In this document: positions 20,189 to 30,596 of the stretch, piece after piece | How the letters are laid out: each line of letters starts with the position of its first letter | Position numbering within the stretch: position 1 is the stretch's first letter | Origin: an uncultured Verrucomicrobiae bacterium | GTDB lineage: Bacteria > Verrucomicrobiota > Verrucomicrobiia > Chthoniobacterales > JAFAMB01 | Assembly: GCA_963782115.1 (NCBI GenBank) | Contig: CAWAIK010000001.1 | Coordinates: 288,001 to 352,000, forward strand | Direction: 5' to 3' | DNA length: 64,000 nucleotides | Notes under the pieces: generated by a model | What the model saw: the letters and a program-made list of their open reading frames with translations, nothing else | What the model was told of the DNA's origin: nothing | The model's database searches: none | Program-made: the position numbers and the translations under genes

Positions 20189-21646
20189 ATGGATAGTTCT
20201 GCAAAAAGAGGGAAGGATGCAGAAAACTGCTTCGCTGTTTCTAAGGCAGAGCCCGGCGATTCGCGCATCGACCGAAGGAACCTCGCCTTAATAAAATATT
20301 TTGACGGCTTCCTGCGTAGCCCCTTCACGGTATGGATGAGCCTTGCGGCCACGCTCGGCTGGATCCTCCGGCGCCTGGTATTTAAAAGGCAAAACGTTTA
20401 CCGGGTTGATGACCAAAAAGGTCGCAGATATCACTCGAAAGAAGTCGCGCGTATCCCTGGCGGCAAAAAAAAGGGTCTCACCATCTTTTCGATGGGAATA
20501 GAACTGTCCGTGGCTGTAGGGATGAATTTATTAAAGAACCATGTCAAATCCTGGAAAACCGAACTCCAGGCTAGAAGAGAGGACTTAGCGTTCGAAAAGC
20601 CGTATCCAGCTGACATAGTACAACAAAGGGATCCGATAGTTGAAAACCTGCCAGACAATGTTAAGCGGGAAAAATCGCGCCCAGCGCCGGCCCCCAGTAT
20701 AGAAGCTGTTTGGTTTATCTTAAAAACTACTGCGACGCAATGGATCAATGATAAATGTCCCCAACTCGGTGCGGCTTTGGCCTATTTTACCGTTTTTTCG
20801 CTCGCTCCACTTGTGCTGATACTCTTGGCTTTTTTTGGCCTCTTCTTCGGTAGCCAAAATGCCCGTGACAAGATTATAGAGCAACTACAGTTCATGATTG
20901 ATCCAAGCGGGATCAAAGTTATTAAGGACATCGCGGCGAGTGTCTCGAAGCCGCAAAGCAGTATCCTAGCTACTACGCTGGGCATCATCGTCGGATTATT
21001 TGGTGCCAGCGGAGTGTTCGGTCAACTCCAGGACGCGTTAAATACAATCTGGGGTGTAAAAGCAAAACCAGGCGCGAGTTTATGGGCTTTTATTCGAGCG
21101 CGCTTCTTATCTTTTGCGATGGTGGCCGGTGTTTGTTTTCTGCTTTTGGTTTCTCTAACGATTGAAAGTGTTCTCAGGGGTTTGAGCAACTATCTGCAAA
21201 ACCTGCTGCCCGGAGGGCACATTTTGGCTCTCGTTCTTTTTCTTATCCTTGACTTCGGAGTCGTCATAGTTCTGTTTACGATGATTTTCCGCTTTCTGCC
21301 AGATATAAAGATCGGTTGGCGCGATGTTTGGATCGGAGCTTCATTGACAGCCGTGTTGTTCGTTGTCGGAAAGTTTATTCTTGGCCTCTATTTGGGAAGT
21401 GGCGCGGCAGGTTCAGCGTACGGCGCCGCCAGTTCCCTGATTACCTTGCTGTTGTGGATTTACTATTCCGCACAAATCCTGCTTTTTGGCGCGGAATTCA
21501 CACAAGTTTACACTCATACATACGGCTCTCGGGTCGAGCCTGAGGATCACGCAGTGAGGGTTAAGAGATTAGAAGTCGAAGTGCCTACCCCTGAGATTGA
21601 GCAAAAGATGCAAAGGGATAGCGCAAGTGAAGCGGCGCTAAGTTAA
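20189..21646 (+). CDS. YihY/virulence factor BrkB family membrane protein with a long N-terminal extension
   Basis: GAALAYFTVFSLAP, QLQDALNTIW, SAYGAASSL..LLWIYYSAQILLFGAEF. The true start may be downstream. Confidence 0.88.
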   Translation: MDSSAKRGKDAENCFAVSKAEPGDSRIDRRNLALIKYFDGFLRSPFTVWMSLAATLGWILRRLVFKRQNVYRVDDQKGRRYHSKEVARIPGGKKKGLTIFSMGIELSVAVGMNLLKNHVKSWKTELQARREDLAFEKPYPADIVQQRDPIVENLPDNVKREKSRPAPAPSIEAVWFILKTTATQWINDKCPQLGAALAYFTVFSLAPLVLILLAFFGLFFGSQNARDKIIEQLQFMIDPSGIKVIKDIAASVSKPQSSILATTLGIIVGLFGASGVFGQLQDALNTIWGVKAKPGASLWAFIRARFLSFAMVAGVCFLLLVSLTIESVLRGLSNYLQNLLPGGHILALVLFLILDFGVVIVLFTMIFRFLPDIKIGWRDVWIGASLTAVLFVVGKFILGLYLGSGAAGSAYGAASSLITLLLWIYYSAQILLFGAEFTQVYTHTYGSRVEPEDHAVRVKRLEVEVPTPEIEQKMQRDSASEAALS

Positions 21647-21746
21647 GGCCTGTCTGGATGGTTTCCAGGGTTGAAATCCTGGGCTGAGTCCTGCAGCCCT
21701 CGGCTTCGAGGCAAAATCGTTCCAAACTCTTAACGCAGCGCCACTC
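21630..21746. repeat. Short degenerate copy of the 338-3148 MITE family, overlapping the YihY stop
   Basis: Left end AAGCGGCGCTAAGTTAAGG..GGATGGTTT and right end ..CTTAACGCAGCGCCACTC. Internal GGGTTGAAATCCTGGGCTGAGTCCT matches 3068-3092. Confidence 0.65.
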
Positions 21747-21926
21747 TTATCGCGGCCCGACGGCCTTTTTATCTTGGTGAGTCCAAATCTGGTTCGAGTA
21801 GCGAAGTTCCAATGGTCTCGAGAAGTAGAATTGCATATTATGAAAAAAAAGATAGATCCTCAGGAGCCCGTAACCTCGGCAAAGGAGCGCGTTCAAGAGG
21901 CTTCGGAGAATTTGGGGAGATAGTCC

Positions 21927-22346
21927 ATGGATTCCAACGCTCCAGTGGGATCCTCTCCCTCGATAACCTCTGCCGCCGACTCAATCCGCAGATGGATTGC
22001 CTCTCTGGTTCTTTATCTCGAGCTGAGGGTCAGACTTCTCGGGCTGGAATCGAAAGAGGCCGGCGTACAGTTGCTGATATTGGGGCTGCTGTTGGTGAGC
22101 GCGCTGGTCTTTCTTGCAGGCTTTCTGGTGATGCTCATTGTTTTCCTTCTCTATCTTCTGATGCTGATCTTCCACTGGGAATGGGGTTGGAGCGCATTGG
22201 CCTGTGCAGGAGTGTCGCTCCTCATGAGTATCGTTGCCGGCATAATATTTCGATTTCGGATCGTCAAACCGCTTTTTCCAACCACCTTAGCCGAATTTAA
22301 AAAGGATCGTGAATGGCTGACTCACACGACAACAAAGAGCGAATAA
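21927..22346 (+). CDS. YqjE-like (phage holin family) membrane protein
   Basis: ELRVRLLGLE.KE, two TM helices, C-terminal FPTTLAEFKKDREWL. Confidence 0.8.
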   Translation: MDSNAPVGSSPSITSAADSIRRWIASLVLYLELRVRLLGLESKEAGVQLLILGLLLVSALVFLAGFLVMLIVFLLYLLMLIFHWEWGWSALACAGVSLLMSIVAGIIFRFRIVKPLFPTTLAEFKKDREWLTHTTTKSE

Positions 22347-22458
22347 CGATGGCGTTGGGCGAAAGCTAATTACCAGACATTGAGAACTCTTCGCACCGAC
22401 GAACTTGCTCTTCGCGAACAAAGTAACAAGACATAGCGGCATTGTGAAGTATTCGTCG

Positions 22459-22740
22459 TCACGGCTCGCGACAATCTTTATTAACCACGCCTCTTTTCTC
22501 AGTATGTCCCATGCGCGTAGTGCCAATCTGATGGCGACCATCTCTCGATTGACCGATGATATGGCTGACTCGCTCCGCTTCTGGGACCGACCAATGAAGT
22601 GCCCCAAGTTTCCGAGAGGAGAGCCACTCGGCGAAGCATGCGTGTGCACGAAGTATTGGTTTTACGTCTGCTAAAGTATAGTGAAAGTCGATTGACAGGC
22701 GACGCAGACCATACGCATCACGCTCATCAGAGAGAATCAC
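22459..22740 (-). pseudogene. GMC oxidoreductase C-terminal fragment
   Basis: LSDERDAYGL and HQIGTTRMG..GVVNKDCR motifs; no N-terminus. Confidence 0.7.
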
Positions 22741-23110
22741 TCGAGAATCCCTGTTCGGTAGATGCTCACCTCCGGCTGAGGTTGAGCGTCCTGAGACGCT
22801 TCATCTGACCCAAGAAAAGCGGAAAATTCCGATTTTTGTTTTATGAAACCAGATAACACATGACCTGCGAATGCTTCATGAGCCTTGTGTACCGGTAGCC
22901 ATCCACCATAGCTTATCCATGTGGCGCTTAAAGCCTGAATTGCTCAACAACCTGGAAAGGAATGCAAACCCTGTTTCCGCCCATACCAATCCCATCTTCC
23001 TCCCGAGCGGTTTTCTAAGCGTTTCTCGAGCGCGAGCATCTCACGAGAGCTTTAGCTGATGAGATGTTCGCGCTGCGCATCTCCTTACTGATCATCAACC
23101 CGAGGTCAGA

Positions 23111-23957
23111 ATGAAAGATCTGGTCTCCCTTTATAAGGATGTCGCACGCGAATACATCCACATGGCCTCGGATCCTGTTCAGATTCGACATCTGGTCGAC
23201 CGCGCCGTGCGGATAGCCAAGGTTGAGCGAACGGTCACCTGTATTGTCATTCCCAATGATGTGCAGGAACTCGATGCCGTGGAGGCGCCGCCGCGCGCGC
23301 ACGGTACCATCCATTCGGGAATCGATTTTTCGATTCCGCGCGTTATACCGAAGGAAGTAGACCTTCGCCGGGCAGCTGATTTGCTAAACGCTGGCCAGAA
23401 AGTAGCAATGCTGGTGGGCGCCGGTGCGCTACAGGCAGCGGACGAAGTGCTCGAGGTAGCGGACCTTCTCGGCGCGGGGATTGCGAAGGCACTCCTGGGA
23501 AAAGCCGCGTTGCCAGACGATCTCCCGTTTGTCACGGGTTCGATCGGTTTGCTGGGTACCAAACCCAGCTCCGAGATGATGACCAATTGCGATACCCTGC
23601 TGATGGTAGGATCGAATTTTCCTTATTCGGAGTTTCTGCCGAAGGAGGGCCATGCTCGCGGGGTGCAGATCGATATCGATGGTCGCCTGCTAGGTCTCCG
23701 CTACCCAATGGAAGTTAATCTTATCGGAGATAGCGCCGAAACGTTGCGTGCATTAGTTCCCTTCCTCAAACGGAAATCGGACCGGGCCTGGCGCAAGGGA
23801 ATCGAAAAGGGGATGTCCGATTGGTGGAAACTCCTTGAGGCGCGGGCCATGCAGAATGCGGACCCTATCAATCCACAGCGGGTATTTTGGGAATTGTCGC
23901 CGCGCCTGCCCGACAATTGCATTCTCAGCAGTGACTCTGGTTCGGCGGCGAACTGGT
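23111..23957 (+). pseudogene. Thiamine-pyrophosphate enzyme (pyruvate oxidase/PoxB-like), truncated at both ends
   Basis: KVAMLVGAGA, GSIGLLGTKPS, CDTLLMVGSNFPY, INPQRVFWEL, SDSGSAANW. The TPP-binding C-terminus is missing. Confidence 0.85.
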
Positions 23958-24431
23958 GGGAAGATCTGCGAATTACTGGAGGCGCCGATCCACTCTCACT
24001 TGGCGCTAACAATAGCGGCAAGGGCATAGGTGGCGGTTCTGTTCACTGGGCCGGGTTTGCACCGCGATTTCACCCGTCCGATTTTCGAGTGTATTCCGAG
24101 GACGGAGTGGGTGCCGACTGGGCAATTACTACGCGCACCTGGTCGGCGGCGCTCGGATGGGTCATGACCAGCGTACCGCAGTCGTCGACGGCTTCGGGCG
24201 GACCCCCGACATCCGAACCTCTTTGTGTGTGACGGTAGCATTCTACCGACGCAGGGATCGGCTAATCCCGGCCTGACTATCCAGGCCTTGGCTGCGCGAA
24301 CGGCCGATTACCTCATTTCCCAAAGCAATGAGATTTTTACCTCAAACAAACGCAGTTTGAGCCGTCCGCCGGTCCGGCGAAATCTCTCGCCCCCAGGTAC
24401 CCATGGCCCAGGGGCGCCACGGGTGCGGTAA
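23956..24431 (+). pseudogene. GMC oxidoreductase remnants (internally deleted and frameshifted)
   Basis: NSGKGIGGGSVHWAG..RFHPSDF, then AHLVGGARMG..VVDGFGRT, then CDGSILPTQGSANPGLTIQALAARTAD, in different frames. Confidence 0.8.
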
Positions 24432-24556
24432 CCTGCATTTCTTCACCTCTGTCGACACTGCGGACCGGATGGTATTCGGACTTGTCGTTTCCTCTCAGGC
24501 CGAGCAAGAATAGCACCGCTGCCATTGCTTGCCGCGCCAAGGCGGCTCATCCAACC

Positions 24557-25402
24557 ATGCCCGAACTTGCTGAAGTCGAATTTTTCCGCCGGCAATGGGA
24601 TTCCGGCTTCGGTTCGCGGGTGATTGGGGTCGCCCTGCATCCCGAAAAGCGGGTCTTTCGCGGTACCGATGTCGCCGCCATGGAAAAGGCGCTGACCGGT
24701 GCAAGACTCCTCAGTTCTGAGGCGCACGGGAAGCAGATGCTCTTTCGCTTTTCGCGTGGAACATCGCTCGGAATTCATCTCGGCATGAGCGGCCGGTTAC
24801 GCGTCGAGGCCGCCGGGATTTCTCCCGGTAAACACGATCACCTGGCGTTGTTCCAGGAGAAGCGGAGCCTGGTTTATTCCGATCCGCGGATGTTCGGACG
24901 CGTCCGGTTCGCGCTCGGCAGAAGGGTGCCGGAGTGGTGGAGAAATTTGCCTCCCGCGGTGATTTCAAACACCTTTACGCTCGCCGTGTTGGGTGAACGA
25001 TTGCACCGGGGACGGCGTTTGCCGATCAAGGCCGTGCTGCTTGATCAGACGGTTTTTCCGGGAGTCGGCAACTGGATGGCCGATGAAATGATGTGGCGGG
25101 TCAAGCTGCATCCGGCCACGCGCGCCGGCGATTTAAGCGCTTCGCAACAGCATAATCTTTGGCGGGCCAGCCGCGCGATCTGCCGAATGGCGCTGAAAAC
25201 GATCGGCATTGACTGGAGCGAACCGCCGAAGAATTGGCTGATTCATCGTCGCTGGCAGAAACGCGGTCGCTGCCCGCGCGACGGCACCTTGCTGGATCAT
25301 GGAACGATCGCCGGCCGCACTACTGCTTGGTGCCCCGTTTGTCAGAAGCCAAGCAGACATCCGGCGCCCAACTCGAAATCTCCGAGGAAAGTGCTCGCTT
25401 GA
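24557..25402 (+). CDS. Fpg/Nei family DNA glycosylase
   Basis: MPELAEVE start, HGKQM, HLGMSG, DPRMFG, H2TH LLDQ..PGVGNWMADE, C-terminal CPRD..CPVCQ. Confidence 0.92.
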   Translation: MPELAEVEFFRRQWDSGFGSRVIGVALHPEKRVFRGTDVAAMEKALTGARLLSSEAHGKQMLFRFSRGTSLGIHLGMSGRLRVEAAGISPGKHDHLALFQEKRSLVYSDPRMFGRVRFALGRRVPEWWRNLPPAVISNTFTLAVLGERLHRGRRLPIKAVLLDQTVFPGVGNWMADEMMWRVKLHPATRAGDLSASQQHNLWRASRAICRMALKTIGIDWSEPPKNWLIHRRWQKRGRCPRDGTLLDHGTIAGRTTAWCPVCQKPSRHPAPNSKSPRKVLA

Positions 25403-25452
25403 AGGAATTCCTTAACTACCTATTAGAAGTTCGTTCCGGGGAATTTCCAAGT

Positions 25453-25941
25453 TCACAAGCCAAGGTCGCTGAGTCCCGGGTGCTCCAGTGGGCGAGGGTG
25501 CGAAGAATCCCAACGAAACTTGCGCTCGGATTCTTTAATTGGCAGATCGTTGATGGATGCGTGCCGGTGATGCATCAGTCCATTTTGATCAAAATCCCAG
25601 TTCTCGTTGCCGTAAGAACGAAACCAATTGGCTGAGTCGTCGTGCCACTCATAAGCGAAGCGCACCGCGATGCGGCTTTCGTCAAAAGCCCATAGTTCCT
25701 TGACGAGTCGATAATCCAGTTCCTTCCTCCATTTGCGCGTGAGGAACTCGATGATGGCTGTCCGATCCTGCATAAATTCTGCGCGATTGCGCCACCAGCT
25801 ATCGACAGTGTACGCCAGAGCTACTTTTTCCGGGTCACGACTGTTCCAGCCATTCTCGGCCAGTCGCACTTTCTCGATCGCGGTCTCGCGGGTGAAAGGG
25901 GGAAGCGGCGGACGGGGAATTATCTCGTTTGATTTGCTCAA
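25453..25941 (-). CDS. DUF1348 / NTF2-like family protein
   Basis: [44 protein letters not shown]. Confidence 0.9.
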   Translation of the reverse strand: MSKSNEIIPRPPLPPFTRETAIEKVRLAENGWNSRDPEKVALAYTVDSWWRNRAEFMQDRTAIIEFLTRKWRKELDYRLVKELWAFDESRIAVRFAYEWHDDSANWFRSYGNENWDFDQNGLMHHRHASINDLPIKESERKFRWDSSHPRPLEHPGLSDLGL

Positions 25942-26146
25942 ATTCTGCCTTTTTAATTAGTTGGTTTTTTTCCGTGGTATGAACCGTTCAAGTGATATAG
26001 GAGGTCAAGGCTAGTGCACCGTCTCGCAAGGAACCACTTGAGCTGTCGTCCCATTGACCCGTAAAAGTCAATATCGATCCAAGGCGAACAGGCTAGACGG
26101 AGTGTCAATTTCCTTCAAGAAAGAACCTTACCGAGGAAAGCCCGCA

Positions 26147-26407
26147 TCACGCTGTTGAATTGCTCCGGCCTTTGCAGCGGTGCGAATGGCTCACGCCGGG
26201 CAGGAGGATCAATTCCGCTCCGGGAATACTCCGGGCGAGATACTCGGCATGTTCGGGCTTGATAAACTCATCATGCTCGCTTTGTACGATCGCGACGGGC
26301 ACATGGATATCAGCCATATCGCGCGCAGAATAATTGGGTTGCGTCTTCATCATCCGACCGACCGCTGCGGCAAATGCTTTGAATTGGTCCGGCGTCGCCG
26401 ACAGCAT
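26147..26407 (-). pseudogene. Alpha/beta hydrolase C-terminal fragment
   Basis: LSATPDQF, IHVPVAIVQSEHDEFIK, LPGVSH. Confidence 0.7.
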
Positions 26408-26800
26408 GCTGGATAGCCATTGGTGCGTGTTGGATGCTGCCCAACGCGGATGCCATCACGACTGCCATGGGCACGTTGTTAATCAGGTTCGTCCCCAGGG
26501 CGGCTCCGGCCGTCCCGACTATTACCGCTCCGGGGGTCGTTCCACCGGATAGTTTCAGCAGCCAGCTACCAAACATGGTCGTGAGGCCAGTATCCTCGAT
26601 GGACCGAACCACGATAACCATGCCTGCGATAAACCCAAAGATGGACCAGGAAATACGCTTTCCTGTCTCATAAAGAGTTGACTGCTTCCAGTAAAGTGCC
26701 CCGATCAGCAGCATTACCCCTCCAGATAGCGCAACTAGCGAAAGCGGAAACTGTATCGCTGACGCTATCACGTAAGCCACCGCGATCAAGGTCAGCACCC
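26405..26800 (-). pseudogene. ArsB/NhaD-type (ion transporter superfamily) permease internal fragment
   Basis: ISWSIFGFIAGMVIVVRSIEDTGL, GTNLINNVP; no proper start or end. Confidence 0.7.
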
Positions 26801-26802
26801 CG

Positions 26803-27314
26803 CAGGTATACCGGGATTGATCGTGCCGGTTGTCTGACCGCCGTCGCGATCCAACGGACTGTTCATTGCGAATTCTACCAGCGGAATGACGTTTCTAAAT
26901 GGACGCAACCACTCCACTTCCTGAACATGCTCTTGCAAGTAGGGCAGGCTGTATTCCAACGCGAATCCCCAGTCCAGTGCATTTGGATCGCCTGATTCAC
27001 TTGGGATTACATATCCAAACGATATAAGTGGCTGAAATTCCGAGCGCGAACTTGGGAAATATCTCCTTATCGAACTCAGAGCTAATATCGATTTCTCGAG
27101 TCCTTGGAGCGCCTCCTCCAGCGGGATTGTTAAAAACAGAGACGACCGGCAGCGAGAGTTCATCCACTGCAAAAGGATCATCGGTTCGAATCGTCGGAGG
27201 GAAAAAGCGATCTCCCTCGAATCCGTGAGCACGGAGTTTTGTCGTGAGACTACAAACAGCAAGCACAGCGAAAGAGGCTGTTCCTGCAAGTTTCATGGAA
27301 CGAATTAGATGCAT
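26803..27314 (-). pseudogene. Exported/outer-membrane protein, internally deleted
   Basis: Signal peptide then HGFEGDRFFPPTIRTDDP..DELSLP. A frame switch near 27020 leads to WGFALEYSLPYLQ..IPLVEF..TGTINPG. Confidence 0.6.
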
Positions 27315-27670
27315 GTAACACGTGACCCCGCCTCAGGTTAGTAGCATGTAGATCCTTGGCTCGGATTCCTGCGCTCCCCGCCCGAATGATGTCATCGATA
27401 AATGGCATATCTCCTGACAAGAGTTGCAGCATCAAATCATGCTCCGAGTTCTCATTCGCAGCGAGCTGTTGATCAGCTCTCTTGTGTCTTATGCTGTCGA
27501 CAAGAGATTTAGGATATTGCTCGTACATGATTTTGCTTAGTTGAATCATTCAGCACCATTTCATCGTCCGCTTGCGAACATGATAAAAAACCAAAAGAGA
27601 AATCCTTTACAATATATCGGAGAGCGATATGTTGTCACATCTTACCAGGGTTCTTGACAATTTTTGATCT

Positions 27671-28036
27671 ATGTATCCGCCGAAGAAAGTTGGCGTGGAT
27701 CCCATTTGGAATTACACGGAAGTATGCCCGGCAGATTTGATCAAGTCTTTGCACTTGGAGCACGCTGTAATTAATAAGGATGAAGTTGTGCGAGCGGAAT
27801 GGTTCTGGAGTCGACGACCGAAGGTTCTATGCGCCAACTTGATATCTTTTTTCTTCTACATAATCGTTCTTGTTTGTCTTATCTATTTTGTTCCGCAGAG
27901 TGCTTTATTCCTTATGGTATGGATGGTTGCCGGGGCGAGTTGTGTGTTTGTAGACTGTTTTCGTCTGGAGCGATGGAAAAAGGAATACGCATCCAGTATT
28001 AAACGGCTTTTTTTCCCTCTGTTGAAACGCAGATAA
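27671..28036 (+). CDS. Hypothetical membrane protein
   Basis: 121-aa ORF with ATG start and two hydrophobic helices, in an AT-richer segment. Confidence 0.5.
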   Translation: MYPPKKVGVDPIWNYTEVCPADLIKSLHLEHAVINKDEVVRAEWFWSRRPKVLCANLISFFFYIIVLVCLIYFVPQSALFLMVWMVAGASCVFVDCFRLERWKKEYASSIKRLFFPLLKRR

Positions 28037-28312
28037 TTGGAAGCAACTGTTCGAAAATAGACATGCTTTGGCCTCAGAGAGCTTCGTCGACGGGCTACTA
28101 AGTATTGATGCTGGCTATGGATGAAGAAAGCAAAGGGGACAATAACAACTTAAATATCGATGGCAGGTCCGCAGTCAGTAGAGACCCATTCCGTCTTCTG
28201 CTCGAGATCGAGGCCCATTTTCGCGCGGAAGATAGAAAAAACCCTTCGCTGAAGCGGGTACAATCGCGCCCGAACTTGCCAAGAAGGGACAAGAAGCGCG
28301 CCAAGTAAATGT

Positions 28313-30487
28313 CTAGATTGGGTCAGATGATCGACTCAGCTGAGCAATCTTTGGTCCTAAATTGCAACGCTCGACCACGTTCGCATCGCCTTTGAGCACC
28401 TCGAACTCCGTTCGCTCGCCCTCTCGCCTGAAGTGGATGTCGAACTTATGCTTCCCGATCCGGAGGTCTTGAATCGTCAGGTCAGGTAACCATGACGGAA
28501 GTGAGGGATCGACGTAGAGCTTGTTGCGTGGCGCATCGGGTAGGAATCCCAGCAACGCCTGCATCAGCATAAAGGCCGAGCCCGCCGCCCAGGCCTGCGG
28601 TACATTCGCGCCGATATACTGCACCGGAAAGTTCGTCTCGTTCCGCTCGAACGCGGTGTAGAGCTCTGGCAGCTGGTTAAGCAGGAAATAGCTCGCTGCC
28701 TCGCCAATGTCGTGGGCGATCTGTGCCGCCTCCGCCGCGAAGCCATAGGACTTGAAACCCATCGCGATGATTGAGTTATCGTGCGGCCACACAGAACCGG
28801 TTTGATAATTGTAGGGGTTGAATGCTGGATTAAGAGCGGAAAGCGTGCGGATGCCCCATCCAGACCACATATCCGGTGCCATCAGGCGTTTCACCACTTT
28901 CTTAGCACGATCCGGAGTCACGATCCCTGACCAAAGGCAGTGTCCTGCATTGGAGGCAACGGTCAGAACTTTCTTCTTCTCGCCATCCAACGCGTAGGCG
29001 TAGAAGCCTAAATTCTCATCCCAGAAAACTTCGTTGAACCGATCAAAGATTGTGGCCGCGTTCGCGCGCAGCGCCTGTGCTCGCTCGGGCTTGCCCAACG
29101 CATCGAAGATCTCGGCCATCCGCACCCATGCATCGTAGACATAGCCTTGAAGTTCGCAGAGCGCCTTGGGCCCCTTCACTAATGTGCCGTCTGGGTAGAC
29201 GACGGAATCACCGGAATCCTTCCAACCCATATTCTCGTAGCCGACTGGAGAGCGCGTTTGATATTCCTGGAAGCCGTCGCCGTCAAGGTCGCCATAATGG
29301 TCGATCCAGGACAGGCAAGCCTCGGCAGTCTTGAGATGTCGCTCCAGAAGTCCCCGGTCGCCGGTAGCACGCCAAGCAGCGTGCAGCGCGATCAGATAAA
29401 GTGGCGTCGCGTCTGCGGTGCCATAATAGGGCGTGTGCGGAATGAGCTTAAAATGCGCAAGCTCACCATAACGCATTTCGTGCAGAATCTTACCCGGCTC
29501 GGCGTCGCGGTAGTTGTCCTCTTCTTTCGCCTGCAGCGATCCAAGAATGTCCAGCGTCCCGCGAGCGAATTCCGGATAGATCAGAATGTTTTGCAGTGAG
29601 ACAATCAGGCTGTCTCGGCCAAACGGAGCAACGAACCATGGAAGGCCGGCCGCCGGCAGGAAAACCTTGTGATCCGTGCCTTCAAACGGCAGGCGCAGGG
29701 CGGCCATGTCCGCCAGAGCCTGACAATAAAGGCCACTGAACTCCTGGTTGCTTGTACGGATCTTAAGGACTGTCCGCAGCCAGTCCGCCATCGTCTCGGC
29801 GTGGTGCGACTTGTGAGAATCCCCAATGCACTCCCGCGGCGGGGCGAATTGTTTGTCAGCATCCTCCAACGTATACAGCAAGCATGTATGCCAAGATTCT
29901 CCCGGCTCCAAACCGACCTCAAAGCTGAGCCGGCCATTGGCGTACACTCCCCTTTTATTTGAATGGGCCTTAATCGTTACTGAACGACTGAAATCGCTGT
30001 TGCGGTAGACCGTACGCAGTTGCTGCCGCGAGTCCACCCATTCTGTGATAATCCGCCCCCGCCGCACGATGTGACCCGCTTTCACCTCGAATATATCTGC
30101 GAAGTCGCATCGGAGCGCGATTTCCAGCTGGAACTTCGCCGGCTTCATGCTGTTGTTGGTGATATCGAGATCCTCGTGCATGCCGCCGCTGATCGACCGG
30201 CTTATGGTAAGCCCCAGCTTCCGCGGCGAAATTGTGCCGTCTTCGGTGAGAATGGATCGATTGGTGAGAAAGATACGTGAGGTGTAGTAGGTGATGGCGC
30301 CGCCGTTGAGTAGCTCCCAAGCTTCGCCGTTAGCGTAGATTCTCCAACTACCGACGACGCGGGTGTCTAGGAAGTAAAGGCCCTTTTCGCTTGGCCAGTT
30401 AATCTGCCCGTCCTGCTCGCTGATTAACACTGTCTGACCCTGGTGAATGGAAATTTGGGGTGAACCGACCTGGACCTTGAAAGACAT
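28313..30487 (-). CDS. Second amylo-alpha-1,6-glucosidase-like hydrolase
   Basis: AAGLPWFVAPFGRDS, EPGKILHE, YYGTADATPL, MGWKDS, YQTGSVWPHD, PQAWAA. ATG 30487 (MSFKVQVG). Confidence 0.92.
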   Translation of the reverse strand: MSFKVQVGSPQISIHQGQTVLISEQDGQINWPSEKGLYFLDTRVVGSWRIYANGEAWELLNGGAITYYTSRIFLTNRSILTEDGTISPRKLGLTISRSISGGMHEDLDITNNSMKPAKFQLEIALRCDFADIFEVKAGHIVRRGRIITEWVDSRQQLRTVYRNSDFSRSVTIKAHSNKRGVYANGRLSFEVGLEPGESWHTCLLYTLEDADKQFAPPRECIGDSHKSHHAETMADWLRTVLKIRTSNQEFSGLYCQALADMAALRLPFEGTDHKVFLPAAGLPWFVAPFGRDSLIVSLQNILIYPEFARGTLDILGSLQAKEEDNYRDAEPGKILHEMRYGELAHFKLIPHTPYYGTADATPLYLIALHAAWRATGDRGLLERHLKTAEACLSWIDHYGDLDGDGFQEYQTRSPVGYENMGWKDSGDSVVYPDGTLVKGPKALCELQGYVYDAWVRMAEIFDALGKPERAQALRANAATIFDRFNEVFWDENLGFYAYALDGEKKKVLTVASNAGHCLWSGIVTPDRAKKVVKRLMAPDMWSGWGIRTLSALNPAFNPYNYQTGSVWPHDNSIIAMGFKSYGFAAEAAQIAHDIGEAASYFLLNQLPELYTAFERNETNFPVQYIGANVPQAWAAGSAFMLMQALLGFLPDAPRNKLYVDPSLPSWLPDLTIQDLRIGKHKFDIHFRREGERTEFEVLKGDANVVERCNLGPKIAQLSRSSDPI

Positions 30488-30596
30488 TGGGTTTGAATTG
30501 TCCCATGCGGGACTCCAGTTAATTCCACACAGCGTTTGAATTTTCGCACTCGATCGTCGCTCGTCAAGATAATCGGAGAGTGAAACATCCCCGGAA

